The notes beneath the pieces are model-generated. The model did no database searches, was not told the origin of the DNA, and was given only the letters and a program-made list of their open reading frames with translations. From the NCBI RefSeq assembly GCF_009834535.1, contig NC_045707.1:48114001-48178000 (forward strand): a DNA stretch of 64,000 nucleotides, in the 5' to 3' direction. Within the stretch, counting starts at the first letter, position 1. Every line of letters starts with the position of its first letter. A program made the position numbers and the translations under genes. Source of the DNA: Camelus ferus. Lineage: Eukaryota. Shown piece by piece: positions 25,761 to 36,960 of the stretch.

Positions 25761-26349
25761 AATCAATTGCTTTGCTTATCTCTCTTTTTTTGTAACCTGA
25801 TAATCCTGCTTTCCAAAGTATTTTTATGCTCACAGGGTAAGTACTCAGTGAGTATTTGGTAACGTCATGCTGCTGTTGGTGAAGGTGTCTCTCTAGGATT
25901 ATTTAAGATTCTCAACGTGGATGAAAATTGGAGGATAGAGAATGAATTCTAGGTATTATTCAGGCTAGTTGGCGGGTAACTCCTTTTGGGCAGTCATGAG
26001 TTTTCAGACTAAAACATCTGATGTTTGGAGTTCTAAGGGAGGCTTTGATCTTAAAGTGAAAGATACTGGTTCTCTTATCTAGGAGTGATACTTCCTTGAA
26101 CCACAAGAAAACAGTTTTTCCAACTCAGTTGCTCATGAAAAATTGACATGTTGTGCTCTCATGATTAACTAAATCCTCAGTTTCAGGAAAGACTCATCAC
26201 TAATTATTTACCTTAAAGCGGAATAGCTCATGACTAGCTCTGTTCAGTAAGTATCTGTAGTTCTTTACCAGTAAGACCCATGCTTCAACACATTGCTGTC
26301 ATCTGGAAGGTTTAGTCTGCATAATTTTTCAGTTGTGAAACATTTTATG

Positions 26350-27723
26350 GTATTACTCCATTGATATTTTTCTCTCTCAGTTAATTTTTCTCTGAAACAA
26401 TAATTCTTATCTATGACCTTCTGGATTGATCCTGTGATTTGCTCCCCACCCCCACCCCCCAACTTCTGTCCTACTTTCCATCTCTATTATTTTGATCTAA
26501 TTTCTGGGCAGTTTCTACTTTATACTCCTAATGTTTTTATTTGTTTAAAAAATTTCTATTCATGCAGAAAGGATCCTTTCTTATATTTCTGCCTGTTTCT
26601 TTTTTTTTTTTTTAATAGCACTCTATTCTTGTTTCATTTTTTCAAGGAGAAACAATTTTTTATATTTCTCTGAAAGTGTAATATTTTTGAAGTTTTCTCC
26701 TGCTCCTTGATTTACCTGTTACCTACAAATTCTGTTTATTTATTATTGGGATTTTTTTTTTTTTTTTTTTGCCTTTGCTTTTCATTTTGAAGTCTTTCTT
26801 CAAGTATCTGGTGACCCTTGGCTGGCTATTCACATTTAAGAATGAGGCTCTAAATAGCTGATTGAATGTTCTGTGCATGAGGCTGGGTCTTACTGACTTC
26901 TGGGTTTCTTGGTAACTAAGAGTAGACCTGATTATTTGCTAGGAAACCCAAGTGTCATATTAAAAATATTTCACCATTGGTATGGCATGGGCATCATTCA
27001 CTCAGTGAAAGTGCCAAGACACTCAGAATCCACTTCAAGAATACAGTCTGTACAAACTGGATTCAACGTTGTCAGTGAGTCATTCTCTTGGATGGGATGG
27101 CTTCCACAGAGAGAACTTTTCCAGTGTCCTGTCCAGAGTGGGATGGGGATGATAATGCTGCTGCCAGGGTTGGAGGAGTCCCAGAGTTCTTTATAAATAC
27201 TGTCCTTTAATGTGTCAGCTGTGCTTCATGTGCCTGGTAGGTAGCGCTTCTCAGATTAAGTTTCTTCAGAACCTTTTACTCTCCTATCTTTTTAAAATGC
27301 TTTGGAGATACTCACATAGCTGTTGGAAGGGTAGGACATTTGGGGGTCTAACTGCTCCTTATTCAGACTTTCAAGATCCCTCTCTTCAGTTTTGCCCCTC
27401 ACCTTCATCATCATCTAGCTCCTAGACTATTCTGGGTTTCTTCTGCAAATGGTCTTATTTCTTGTTAGCATCCCTCTCTTCAGGCATAAAGTTTAGCTTT
27501 CTCCAATCTGTTAAATCAGTTACCGCTTATCCAACTATTTTCCTTTTCTCTCTTTGTTTTATATATTTAATTTGCTATCATTTCCTCTTCAATTCTCTTT
27601 GTTGTTATTGGTCTATATTAGTGTGTCTATATGAGTATACCTAATTTCCTTTTAAATTTTTAGTAGCATTTTAAGAAAATAAAATGAATATATGTATTTA
27701 ATACACTATGTTTAACCGGAAGT
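26350..27723 (-). mobile_element. Ancient L1M/HAL1-type 5' region
   Basis: Minus strand begins ACTTCCGGTTAAACATAG, resembling the L1M 5' start ACTTCCGG..AAGATGGCG. The body is T-rich on +. Confidence 0.55.
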
Positions 27724-28049
27724 TTTACCTTTAAATTCTTAAGTTACATCTTTAAACATGATTGATTTTGGACAATAACTAGAGCTCATCAGCATTTACA
27801 TGCTCCCAGAAAACAAAATGAGAACGTTAATGTTTCTTTCATTTCATTATACCTCACCATATCCCAATTTGGGATCATCTAAAATTTTAACTCCAAATCA
27901 TAATAAAAATAATTTTTTTGTATGACACATAAAAAGCATTTAAACTTAACAACACATTTTTATTGTTTCTTTTTTTCCTTTGTACCAGGTTTTTTTATAG
28001 CCCATATCTTTCCTTATCTTGACTTAGTCTTGTTGGCATACAAGTTTGA

Positions 28050-28612
28050 ATAACTTGTTCACATTTTGGTAGAAGTTGGCTCTTATTATAGAGCTTGTCT
28101 CAGTGATTGCAGAGGCAGAAGAAGACATCCGGCAAGGAGGATATGTGAGCCTTAGCTGGTCTCCAGGGTATCACCTGTGACAACCAACTGCCCCATCTCT
28201 GATCTCAGGACCCGCATTCATCTGTGTCAGCCTGGGGACAGTTGCTGCTCTCTCTGGCTCTGCACATCCAGGAAGCAGGGGGCTGGCTGACAAGCCTAGT
28301 TCCCCTAAATGTGCTGCCCCAATGAACCACTGTGACAATTGCTCCCTGACCTCCTTCTGCCTGAAGTTTCCCATAATCATTCTCATTTCCACGCTACTTC
28401 TGTCCTGTATGTTGTCCTCTGGTCTTGTTTCACCAAGAATTCAATCCTACCTCCTCTATATCTTCTATGATTATCTTACCTCTTTGTTGTTGACATCATT
28501 CTTTCTTGTTTTCTGTGTTGTTATGAATATGTTTCTTTATTTGACCATAGTCAGAGATATCAGAGTGGGAGAGAATGTGTGTTTGGTCTGCCACTTTGCT
28601 CCTATTTCTGGA
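28050..28612 (-). mobile_element. Second ancient L1M/HAL1-type 5' fragment
   Basis: Minus strand CAAAGTGGCAGACCAAACAC resembles a decayed L1 5' start. Composition is similar to the preceding element. Confidence 0.4.
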
Positions 28613-29340
28613 TAACATATATAACAATGTCCCTGACAATCAGCTCATGTATTATTACCATGTTGTTTCTAAAAGGAAAATTTAATTTATTATCCCTGCC
28701 TTTGGTTTTGTCTTTTTTGCTTTTTTTTAATCTGCTCATCCTTATTTTTGTTTAGTATAATCCAACCTGACAGGAAAAGTCTGTCTTTTTAGCCATCACC
28801 CATAAAAAGCAATAATAAAATCTTAACTCTGATACTTATTTACTGTGTATACTCAGCCAAATGGCAAAGAAAGCATTTCCAGTATAGATTCCCCACCGGT
28901 GCTAAGAGCATCTGTAAAGACATGGTAATGTGAAAGAAAGCCAAAAACATACAATGGAAGCAGTGTTGTCCAAAACAGTTTTCGTTAAATGTACTTATCT
29001 TAAAAGGACTCTGTATGTTCCTCCAGGAAATGGATACTTTCTCTTCCCACATTTTAAACTGGAAGTCACCCCCTTTTCTGGAACTGCACTATCAACTTTT
29101 CTTTGCTGCTGGAATCAATGCAAAGAATATTAAAATTTTACTAGAAAGTCCTTGTTTTCTATAAAAAAAAATCTGATGGTTAAAGAGATATTTCTGTGCT
29201 CTTTAAGGTAAATTGTTCTGTTTAAGGGAAATTGTGCTCACTTATTGGTACCAGTTATTGCTTTTACTGTGGAATTCCATCTCTGAATTTACAATGTAAA
29301 GTCTTAGAACAGAAGTTAATTTATAAAATTTTGTCTAAGG

Positions 29341-29380
29341 CATTTTCAGCATTAGTTAAGCATTTTCAGCACTAGTTAAG
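29341..29380. repeat. 20-bp tandem duplication (2 copies)
   Basis: CATTTTCAGCAYTAGTTAAG x2, one mismatch. Confidence 0.95.
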
Positions 29381-31345
29381 GTTAGAGTTAGTGTTATTGT
29401 ATGTAATAAATGCAAACTAGAAAGTATGGTTTACCCAAATGAATGCAATTCCCTTAGATTGAAGGAATGATGATTCTTCTTTCAAACTCATCAAACATAC
29501 TAGAAATTCCAGTAGTATTGTTCATGCAAATTCAGGGAAACTGCTCAGTACATAAATAAGAGTAGTTCAAAAAAAAGATCGGTACATGTTTAATGCTTTT
29601 AACACCTTGAAGTCTGTGTTTTTAAAGTATGATCGTACTAACCTCTTGAGATATATCTAACTTCTGGGCGCTTGCTTAGACCATTTTTCTCTTAATACAC
29701 ATGATTCATGTACCAATACACATGAGATTCATGTGTTTCTTTAGATTTTACCTGAAGCCTCTTTTGCTACGTGTCTTATTCTCATGTCAGTTCTTTCTCT
29801 CCCTGGGACATATGTTGAGTCTTACTTGGATTTTGGAGCAAATACTAAAAATAAGAACAAAAAGGAATAGGATATTTTGATGCTACAAGGGACTAACAAG
29901 GTAATTTATGCTAGGCTTTTCATTATTAACATGAGAAAATTTAGGCCTGACTAGGAAGGGTGTATATCCTCAGGAGGTAGACTATGTCTTCTGGCATCTC
30001 TCACTCCTGTCTCTGCTTTGAGCAGATGATTCAAGTTAAGATGATGCCAAATTTCAGGAAATCTAAAAATGTTTTTAGTTCTAGAATGTGGGTAATACAT
30101 ATTAAACTTGTAGCTTGATTTTGAAGAAATTTACACTTAAAATGTGTATTTTTGCAGTCTTTTTTTTTCTTCATCGTCTGAGCCTATGATATTTGAGTGT
30201 GTAAAATAAATTAAGTTGCTAAGCAAACTGAATAACCACGGTATGGAACGTACATGAATGTCACCTTGGGAAAAAAAGTCTGGTCAAAGACTAAGTATAA
30301 TCATATAATATTTATTTTGAGTCCTTGAAAAAGTTCCGGTCTGTTCAACTAAGGCTTTTATGTTTAAACACTAAACCATTTTCTGTACAAAATCAAACAA
30401 ACCCACAAGTAGACAGCAAAGAATCTGGGGTAATTGGCTGGGCTTTGTCTAAAAGCCTCTTTTAGAGGTTAAATTAACAAAGAACACATATTTTTTCTGT
30501 TTGCCATGTAACACTAGTAGTAGAAAGCTAGATTACTATTTAGTTGATAGCTTTTGCCTTAAGCATATTCTTTTATTGCTCTGTGTGTGTGTGAGAGAGA
30601 GAGAGAAAGAGAGAGTTTTTAAAAGCAAACCATAACCTCTTTGATAATTAGCACCCTTACAAAAAACATAAAAGGTTTATTGCAACTTGATTTGGAGGAA
30701 AGAGCACTGAATGAGGAAACCCGAGTTTCACTTCCAGCTCTTAGACGCATACTTGTGTGATGTTAAGCAAGTTACTTGCTTTTTTTGGATCATAGCTTCC
30801 TCATCTGGCAGAATAGGATCAAAACCTCCTCCTAACTCTAAAGTTTCATTATTCTCTGAAATAAATGAGTATTCATACTTTACTGATCCTCACAAAATAA
30901 ACAGACAATATTCAGTAGCCATAAGTGTCAGAATGATTTGTTACATCACTTTCTTCTTGGAAAGAAATACATGAGAAAGTAGCCTTCTTATTGGACAAGT
31001 CTACATTTAGAAATAATTTTATCTTCATCAACACAGCAAGCTTTATCTTTTTGGAACATACTGGTAACTTTTTGGTTATTAGAGCCAAAATTTCAATTAC
31101 CCCTCTTTTTCTAAATTGTGCTCATTATATAATAATTCTTAAAAGATTATTTTCTTTGAGAGAAATACTATAGTTTCTGTTTATCTATGTATCTCTGTGA
31201 TTATTTGATTATCTGTTTTCACACCAAGCTATATGGTCCATGAAGGCAGATTTCATTTTTGTTTCATTTACAATTTAACCCTAGAAGTTAGCGTAGTGCC
31301 TGACACCTGGTGTGTGTGCAATGAAGGAAGAAACATGGTTGTTCT

Positions 31346-31396
31346 GACCAGGATGGTTGACGTGAGATGCCGACCAGGATGGTTACGTGAGATGCC
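31346..31396. repeat. 26/25-bp tandem duplication
   Basis: GACCAGGATGGTT(G)ACGTGAGATGCC x2. Confidence 0.95.
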
Positions 31397-32204
31397 GTAT
31401 GTTGTCTGAATCATCCAAGAATATTTTCAAGTCTGAGACTCACACAGAGTCTTTCTGAGTTTTCTATATTATATTGTTGATGGGGAAGCATTTTCTTGGT
31501 TTTTGGTTTTCTCTTTTTGGAGGAGAGTAGAGATGGCATTGATCTGGCTTGATAAATTTTCCAAAGCCACTAGTGTTAGAGAGTGTTTAGAGGTTATCTA
31601 TCCTTGCTCTTTGTTATCTGTGAAGAAAGGCTGTTTGTAAACCGGGTTCATGCAGCTAATTGACGATGCCTCCTCCCTGTCTCCCTGCAAAATTTTATGA
31701 CTCTTCATATGCATCCTTAGCCTCAATTTGCCAAAGTACTTGGCTAAGCATTCTAACTCATTGTCCTCCGCAAAGTGTACGATGATGTGACTCACACCAG
31801 CAAGCCAGGCAGAAACGAGAGTCAGGACAAAACCAACAGATGCAGCATATGCCCACTGAGGACCGTGTGGCAAGAAGAGTTAGCGTGGACCGAGCTTCAC
31901 ATGGGTTATTATGCCCAAGCGATGTCAGCGCTCAGTTAGATTAGGGATTCTGATCATTTTAATAATTTTTCTTCATAAATCATAACCGTAACAGTGGAGC
32001 TTGGATTCTATATGGAAAGCAATGCAATGATATTATTTGAAGAATTTTGCAAGGATGACTTTTAGGCAGGGTTAAAAGAAAAGTCATCTGAGTCCTCTTT
32101 TCTTATTCCTATTCAATATTTCTTCCCTTCTTCCCTCTCTCCCTCCCTTCTTTCCCTCCTCCTCTCTCCCTCCCTTCCGCCCTTTCATCTCACAGGAAAG
32201 TGGT

Positions 32205-33075
32205 ATTCCCTAGTGAAAGATCTTGGATTTTAGAGTCAGGCAGTTATTTAGCATCTTGATGCTGCCATTTTCTCTCAAGTCTCTCTTTAACCTTCCGGAG
32301 GCTCAGTTTCCTCAAGTGTTAAAAGGCAGATGATAAATACTTACATCACAGGGTTGTCTGAAGGTTAAGTAATAGAATAACGTCAGCTACTATTTATTAA
32401 TCGTCAACTGTATGCATTATCTAATTTAATACACACAATAACTTTGCAGGTAAAATGTCTGGTACATGGTAGGTGACATATAAACAACAAAGCAATGGGA
32501 GTACTGGGTACTCTCTGTACCATGGTTTTCAAGCAAGTGCTTCCTTATTTAATTGTCAGGAGTCGTTATTCATGCCATTAGTCTCCAGAGTCCCTGCCAC
32601 CAAAGTAAAACTGATCATTCAGTCATTTGGAATATGTTTTTTGAGTACCTACTCCATACCAGGTATTGTGTGTGCTATTTGGGGGAAAATAGGGAGCAAG
32701 GAACACGACGCGGTTCCTAACTTCATAGGGGTTATAACTGAGTAGAGGTTATGGATAAATACACAGTTATGACCAAGTGTGATGAGTCTATAGACGGCAG
32801 GAAATACAGAATGAGTGTTTAAGGAGGGACCTCTAATTCCAATTTAGGGGGTTCAGTGAGGGTCCCTTGGAGGACATCACATCTACACTGAGACTTGAAG
32901 GATGAATCAAATGGGGATTAGAGGCTGCAGTGTGTTCTGAGGAGCTCTCTATGCACAGGCACTGAGATGAGAGGTGCTACGACAGATGTGAGAAGCCACA
33001 AGCAGCTGGCTCTGGAACTTGTGGGGACGCATGGTGAGAGCTGTCGCCGGTGGAGAGCGGGGCGGCCTGGTCCTG
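32205..33075. mobile_element. MIR (+, ~32205-32480) followed by L2 (-, ~32612-33075)
   Basis: GGCTCAGTTTCCTCAAGTGTTAAAAGG; TTGAGTACCTACTCCATACCAGG, CTGAGACTTGAAGGATGA. Confidence 0.7.
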
Positions 33076-33884
33076 GAAAGGCTTGGTGCCCGTCTAGCAG
33101 ACATCACCTCGCCTCAGGCTACCTTTTAGCCCCTCCTGGGTTCTCAGGTCCTCTCCTCCTCAGCCTGGCTTTGGAACGAGGGCCAGCTGTCCTGTGGACC
33201 CTGGACACCCCATCTGAGTGGGCATATGTTACAGTGCTCACCCCTGATTCTCAGGTAATCTCTTATGCTGTGTTCTTGGTCTCAAGGAAGAAAGGCTTAT
33301 CTTACTAGTAACATGGCAGGATGCTTGGTCCACTGACTATCTCTAGCTATCAGCCCTCCTCTAATCTGAGGGATGTTGGGCTATTGGGCCAGGAGGCTCT
33401 TATCAAGGGTCTATTCTGGCCAGCACTTTGCAGTCTGGGGCCCTTTTAACAGGCCCAGGAATCTGAGACCAGGCTGAGGAGAGTCGACTCTTGTCCCACT
33501 TGGCCTCTCTGTGCCTGGACACCTTCTGGAAAACTTGAGGCAGCCAGACTCTGGGACACCATCACCAAGCTACCATTTCACTCTTCCTGGGATGGATCAG
33601 ATGAATGAGACACAGATCAGTTAGCTGGGTGGACTGATTCATTTATTGACTCACAGAGAGTTTGTCTCTGAGGCTGTGCTACAGAAAGCGCTGTCCCAGG
33701 AGCTGGGCTGCCGGAGTGCTGAGGACGTCTGAGGGCAGCTCCGGCTCCAGAGACAGGACAGCAGACAACCAGATGGCAACGTTACCTTCCTTTTGTGCAA
33801 CTGGTCAAATGCTTGTTAACTCTGCTTAAAGGCACCTCTCTGCGCCTCAGATCTGGACCTTCTGAGAGTGAAGAGCTGCTTGTC

Positions 33885-33946
33885 ATTACTGTCCTGGCGT
33901 AAACCCGGACTGTCTCAGGCAGACGCAGACATAGGGTGGCCCTTAG
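33885..33946 (-). mobile_element. MER94-like (hAT-Blackjack) fragment
   Basis: Minus strand AGGGCCACCCTATGTCTGCGTCTGCCTGAGACAGTCCGGGTTTACGCC resembles the MER94 terminus. Confidence 0.55.
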
Positions 33947-34687
33947 CCATGAGCTCGCTGCTGGCCCTGCGCCTGCTCCCCAGTTTGTGGTGTCTGTACT
34001 TCGGGGGAAGAACCTGGGGCCAAGGCATTCTGGGTCTCTTTTATGGCATTATTTTTTTATGTTCCCCAAAGCCATTTTTGGAACATTCCCCATTTTATGA
34101 AATCCTCATGTTTCTGAAAGATCATCATTAGCCATTTTAATACAAGACAGTTGATTTCTAGTCAAAGCAAAGGAATGGGGTGGTAAAATGGAAAATCTGA
34201 AGGGAGAAAGACTCTTGAAAAGGAAAACTTGAGCTTTATCTCCTGGCTTTTTGTAATCCTTTCATTAAAATGTGGAGGTGGAGGCAGCCTACTCTTCAAA
34301 ATGTTGGCTCTTAAATTCTGTCTCACACAATTATGAACTTGGTTGATACTGTGCTAAGTGAATAGGGATAATTACTTGTGTTACTATTGTTTGTCCAGAG
34401 AGGTGACAAGGAAGAAAATATGTCACGTGCAACTAACAGATGAGAGACTAAGGAGGCACTTTCTTGATTTATGAACTGTTTTCTACTAAACATGTTTCTT
34501 GGTAAGATGGTAACTAAAATGCCAGTGTGCTGTGAAGCCAATACCATCTTAGCAGCAGTGTTTTTCTCCACCTCAAATTAAGCAGCTGATGGGAGAATCT
34601 GGTGACCAAGTGTTACTTTCATTTTTTATTCCTTCATTCATTCTAACAGTATTTTAAAAATGAGCATTTTTTAGCACTGACTCCAAA

Positions 34688-34895
34688 GCAGAAGTTCTCA
34701 TCTGAGTGTAATTTTGCCCCTCAGGGGATATTTGGCAATGTTTGGACACATTTTTGCTTGTCGTATTGGGGGTGGATAGAGGGTGATTGACATCTAATGG
34801 TTAGAGGCCAGTGAAGCTGCTAAATATTCCAAAAAGCACAGGACAAGAGAAATCTGGCTGCAAATGTTGATACTGCTAAAGTTGAGGAACTGCTC
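34688..34895 (+). mobile_element. MER20 (hAT-Charlie)
   Basis: TTTTGCCCCTCAGGGGATATTTGGCAATGTTTGGACACATTTTTG, AGAGGCCAG..GCTGCTAAA, GCACAGGACA. Confidence 0.85.
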
Positions 34896-34909
34896 TGTAG
34901 CATCCCAGT

Positions 34910-36030
34910 CATTCATGTATTTTATTCATCAACAGTTACTTATTGAGCACCTACAATGTGCAGGTGGTGCTGCACTGCTGAGGATATAGCAGTGAACAAA
35001 AATCCCTGCTCTTGTTTGATTTGCATTCTAATAGGAGAGAGAGAGAGGTCATAAATGTGATAAATAAAAAGTTGTAAGCACTAGGTAGAAAAAATAAAGC
35101 TGAGAAAAGGATAGGGAAGGTCAGTAGGCAGTGGTGAGATGGAAACCCTCATATTGGTCACTGAGGTGGGGGTATTTGTCACCGTGTACAAATAGGGAAA
35201 CTGAGTCTCCAAGAGGGGAAATACTTGTTCAAGTTCTCCCAGGAGATGTAGCTGGGATTTGACGGGTGTGTTGGCTGCTTTAGAGTCTAAAGGGTTATTT
35301 CCACTTGTGCTACGCTATGTATGATCACCAGACACCAGGGGTTTCCTTGCTTCTTTTTGATGAAATTCCCCTTTTCTAACTTACCAATAACCATCTCCTG
35401 CCCCACCCAAATCCTCCAATTCTAGCATCTGTATTTCTGTCAGTTAGAACATTCCGTGACTGTAGCCTTGCCCAGACTCCTTACTCTCTTGACTTAAACA
35501 TGCTCAAAGCTTTCTGCCATCTAAAACATAAAATGAAAAAAGTTCCTACCTTAATTCGACAGGCCCCTCCAGCTATAGTCCCACCTTCTCCTCTTTTACT
35601 AGCTAAAGTTCTTAAAAAGATGTTCGTTTATGTTGTCTCTCCCCCTACACCACCCCCGCTCTCCCAATTTACTTGTAAAAGGACCTCTGTGCTCTTAGTC
35701 CACACAAACTGTTTTTGTCAAGGCCCAGAAATGACCCCGTAGTCTCCATTTTTATAGCCTTATTATTATTATTATTATTATTTTTCTGTTTGTCTGCCCT
35801 TCCTCACATGGCCTAGTCCCAGCACTGGGTGTCCATGACCTTTCTTCCCTTGTGTCTGATGTACTTCTCCTCTCTTGACTTCTATCTTTTAGCTCTGGAA
35901 ATTCCTCCTTCCTCTTTGGCTTTTCCTTTTAGGCAGCCCTCGTGGGTTCCCCTTCTCTTTTACTCCTTCTCTTCATAAATTGGTGCCCTTTAGTATCCTG
36001 TTCTAAGTTTTCCTTTCTTCTCACCTATGG
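34910..36030. mobile_element. L2 (-), MIR (-) and L2 (+) fragments
   Basis: TTATTGAGCACCTACAATGTGC, GGAAACTGAGTCTC, and a pyrimidine-rich L2 body. Confidence 0.6.
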
Positions 36031-36337
36031 CTTCTATGGATTTGTTATGTAAAGCAATCCCAAAGGTATGTAATACACTCTGGAATTTGCTGAGATGTGA
36101 ACATAGTTTAATGTGATAAGAGGGTGATGTGTAAGAGTGAGGACCTGATGAGTGATCCTGGCCAGCCACCCAGAATCCACACTGCTGAGCTAAATTGAAT
36201 GAGTATTACGGCAGGGACTCCCTTCAGCCCCCTCGATGATTACAAGGGCTCTCTATTCCTACTTAAGTTCATCCTTTACTCACACCATGTTCATCCTTCC
36301 AAAAGGCAGGCCTGGATCAGGATCTAGTTCCTATCCC

Positions 36338-36960
36338 TGTGCATCAGGCCATTCAGAGTGCTGTAACAAAATATCGTAGCCTGGGCGGCTTACAAACAAC
36401 AGGCGTTTATTTCCCATAGTTCTGGAGGCTGGGGTGTCCAAGATCCATGTGCCAGCATGGTTGGGTAAAGGCTTACTTCCTGGCTCACTGATGTCCGGCT
36501 GTCTTCTCACTGCATCCTCCGGTAGTGGAAGGGGAAAGTGGCCTATTTATTTTATAACTGGAAGTTTGTACCTCTTAATCCCCCTCGCTTAGTTTGCCCA
36601 CTCCCCAGCCTCCTCCCTTTTGGCAACCACTAGTTTGCATATGCGAGTCTTTCTGTTTTGTCATGTTTATTCTTTTCTTTTTAGGTTCTGCATATAAGTG
36701 AAGTCATACAGTATTTGTCTTTTTCTGTCTGACTTATTTTACTTAGCATAGGCCCTTTAGGTGCATCATGTTGCCACAAATGACAAGGTTTAATTCTTTT
36801 TGTGGCTGAGTAATATTCCACTGGACATATATACCACATCTTCAAAAAGGGCACTAATTACCTAATCACTGCCCTAAGTCCCACCTCCAAATACCTTCAT
36901 ATTGAGTATTAGGTTTCAATATATGAATTTGGGGGGGCCATAAACATTCCATCTACAGCA
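36338..36960 (-). mobile_element. MaLR LTR MLT1A-like, interrupted by L1
   Basis: GCTGTAACAAAATA, TTTATTTCCCATAGTTCTGGAGGCTGGG, CCCACCTCCAAATACC, ATATGAATTTGGGGGGG..AAACATTC. Confidence 0.85.
36545..36843 (-). mobile_element. L1 (L1MA-like) 3' UTR fragment
   Basis: ATAACTGGAAGTTTGTACC, GGCAACCAC, CATACAGTATTTGTCTTT..CTGTCTGACTTATTT.ACTTAGCATA. Confidence 0.85.

Noticed and set aside
31346..31396. CRISPR-like repeats
   Set aside because: Two adjacent units with no spacers, in mammalian DNA.
36140..36185. Hammerhead ribozyme core CTGATGA
   Set aside because: No GAAA after a stem II and no closing stems. Other CTGATGA instances checked failed likewise.
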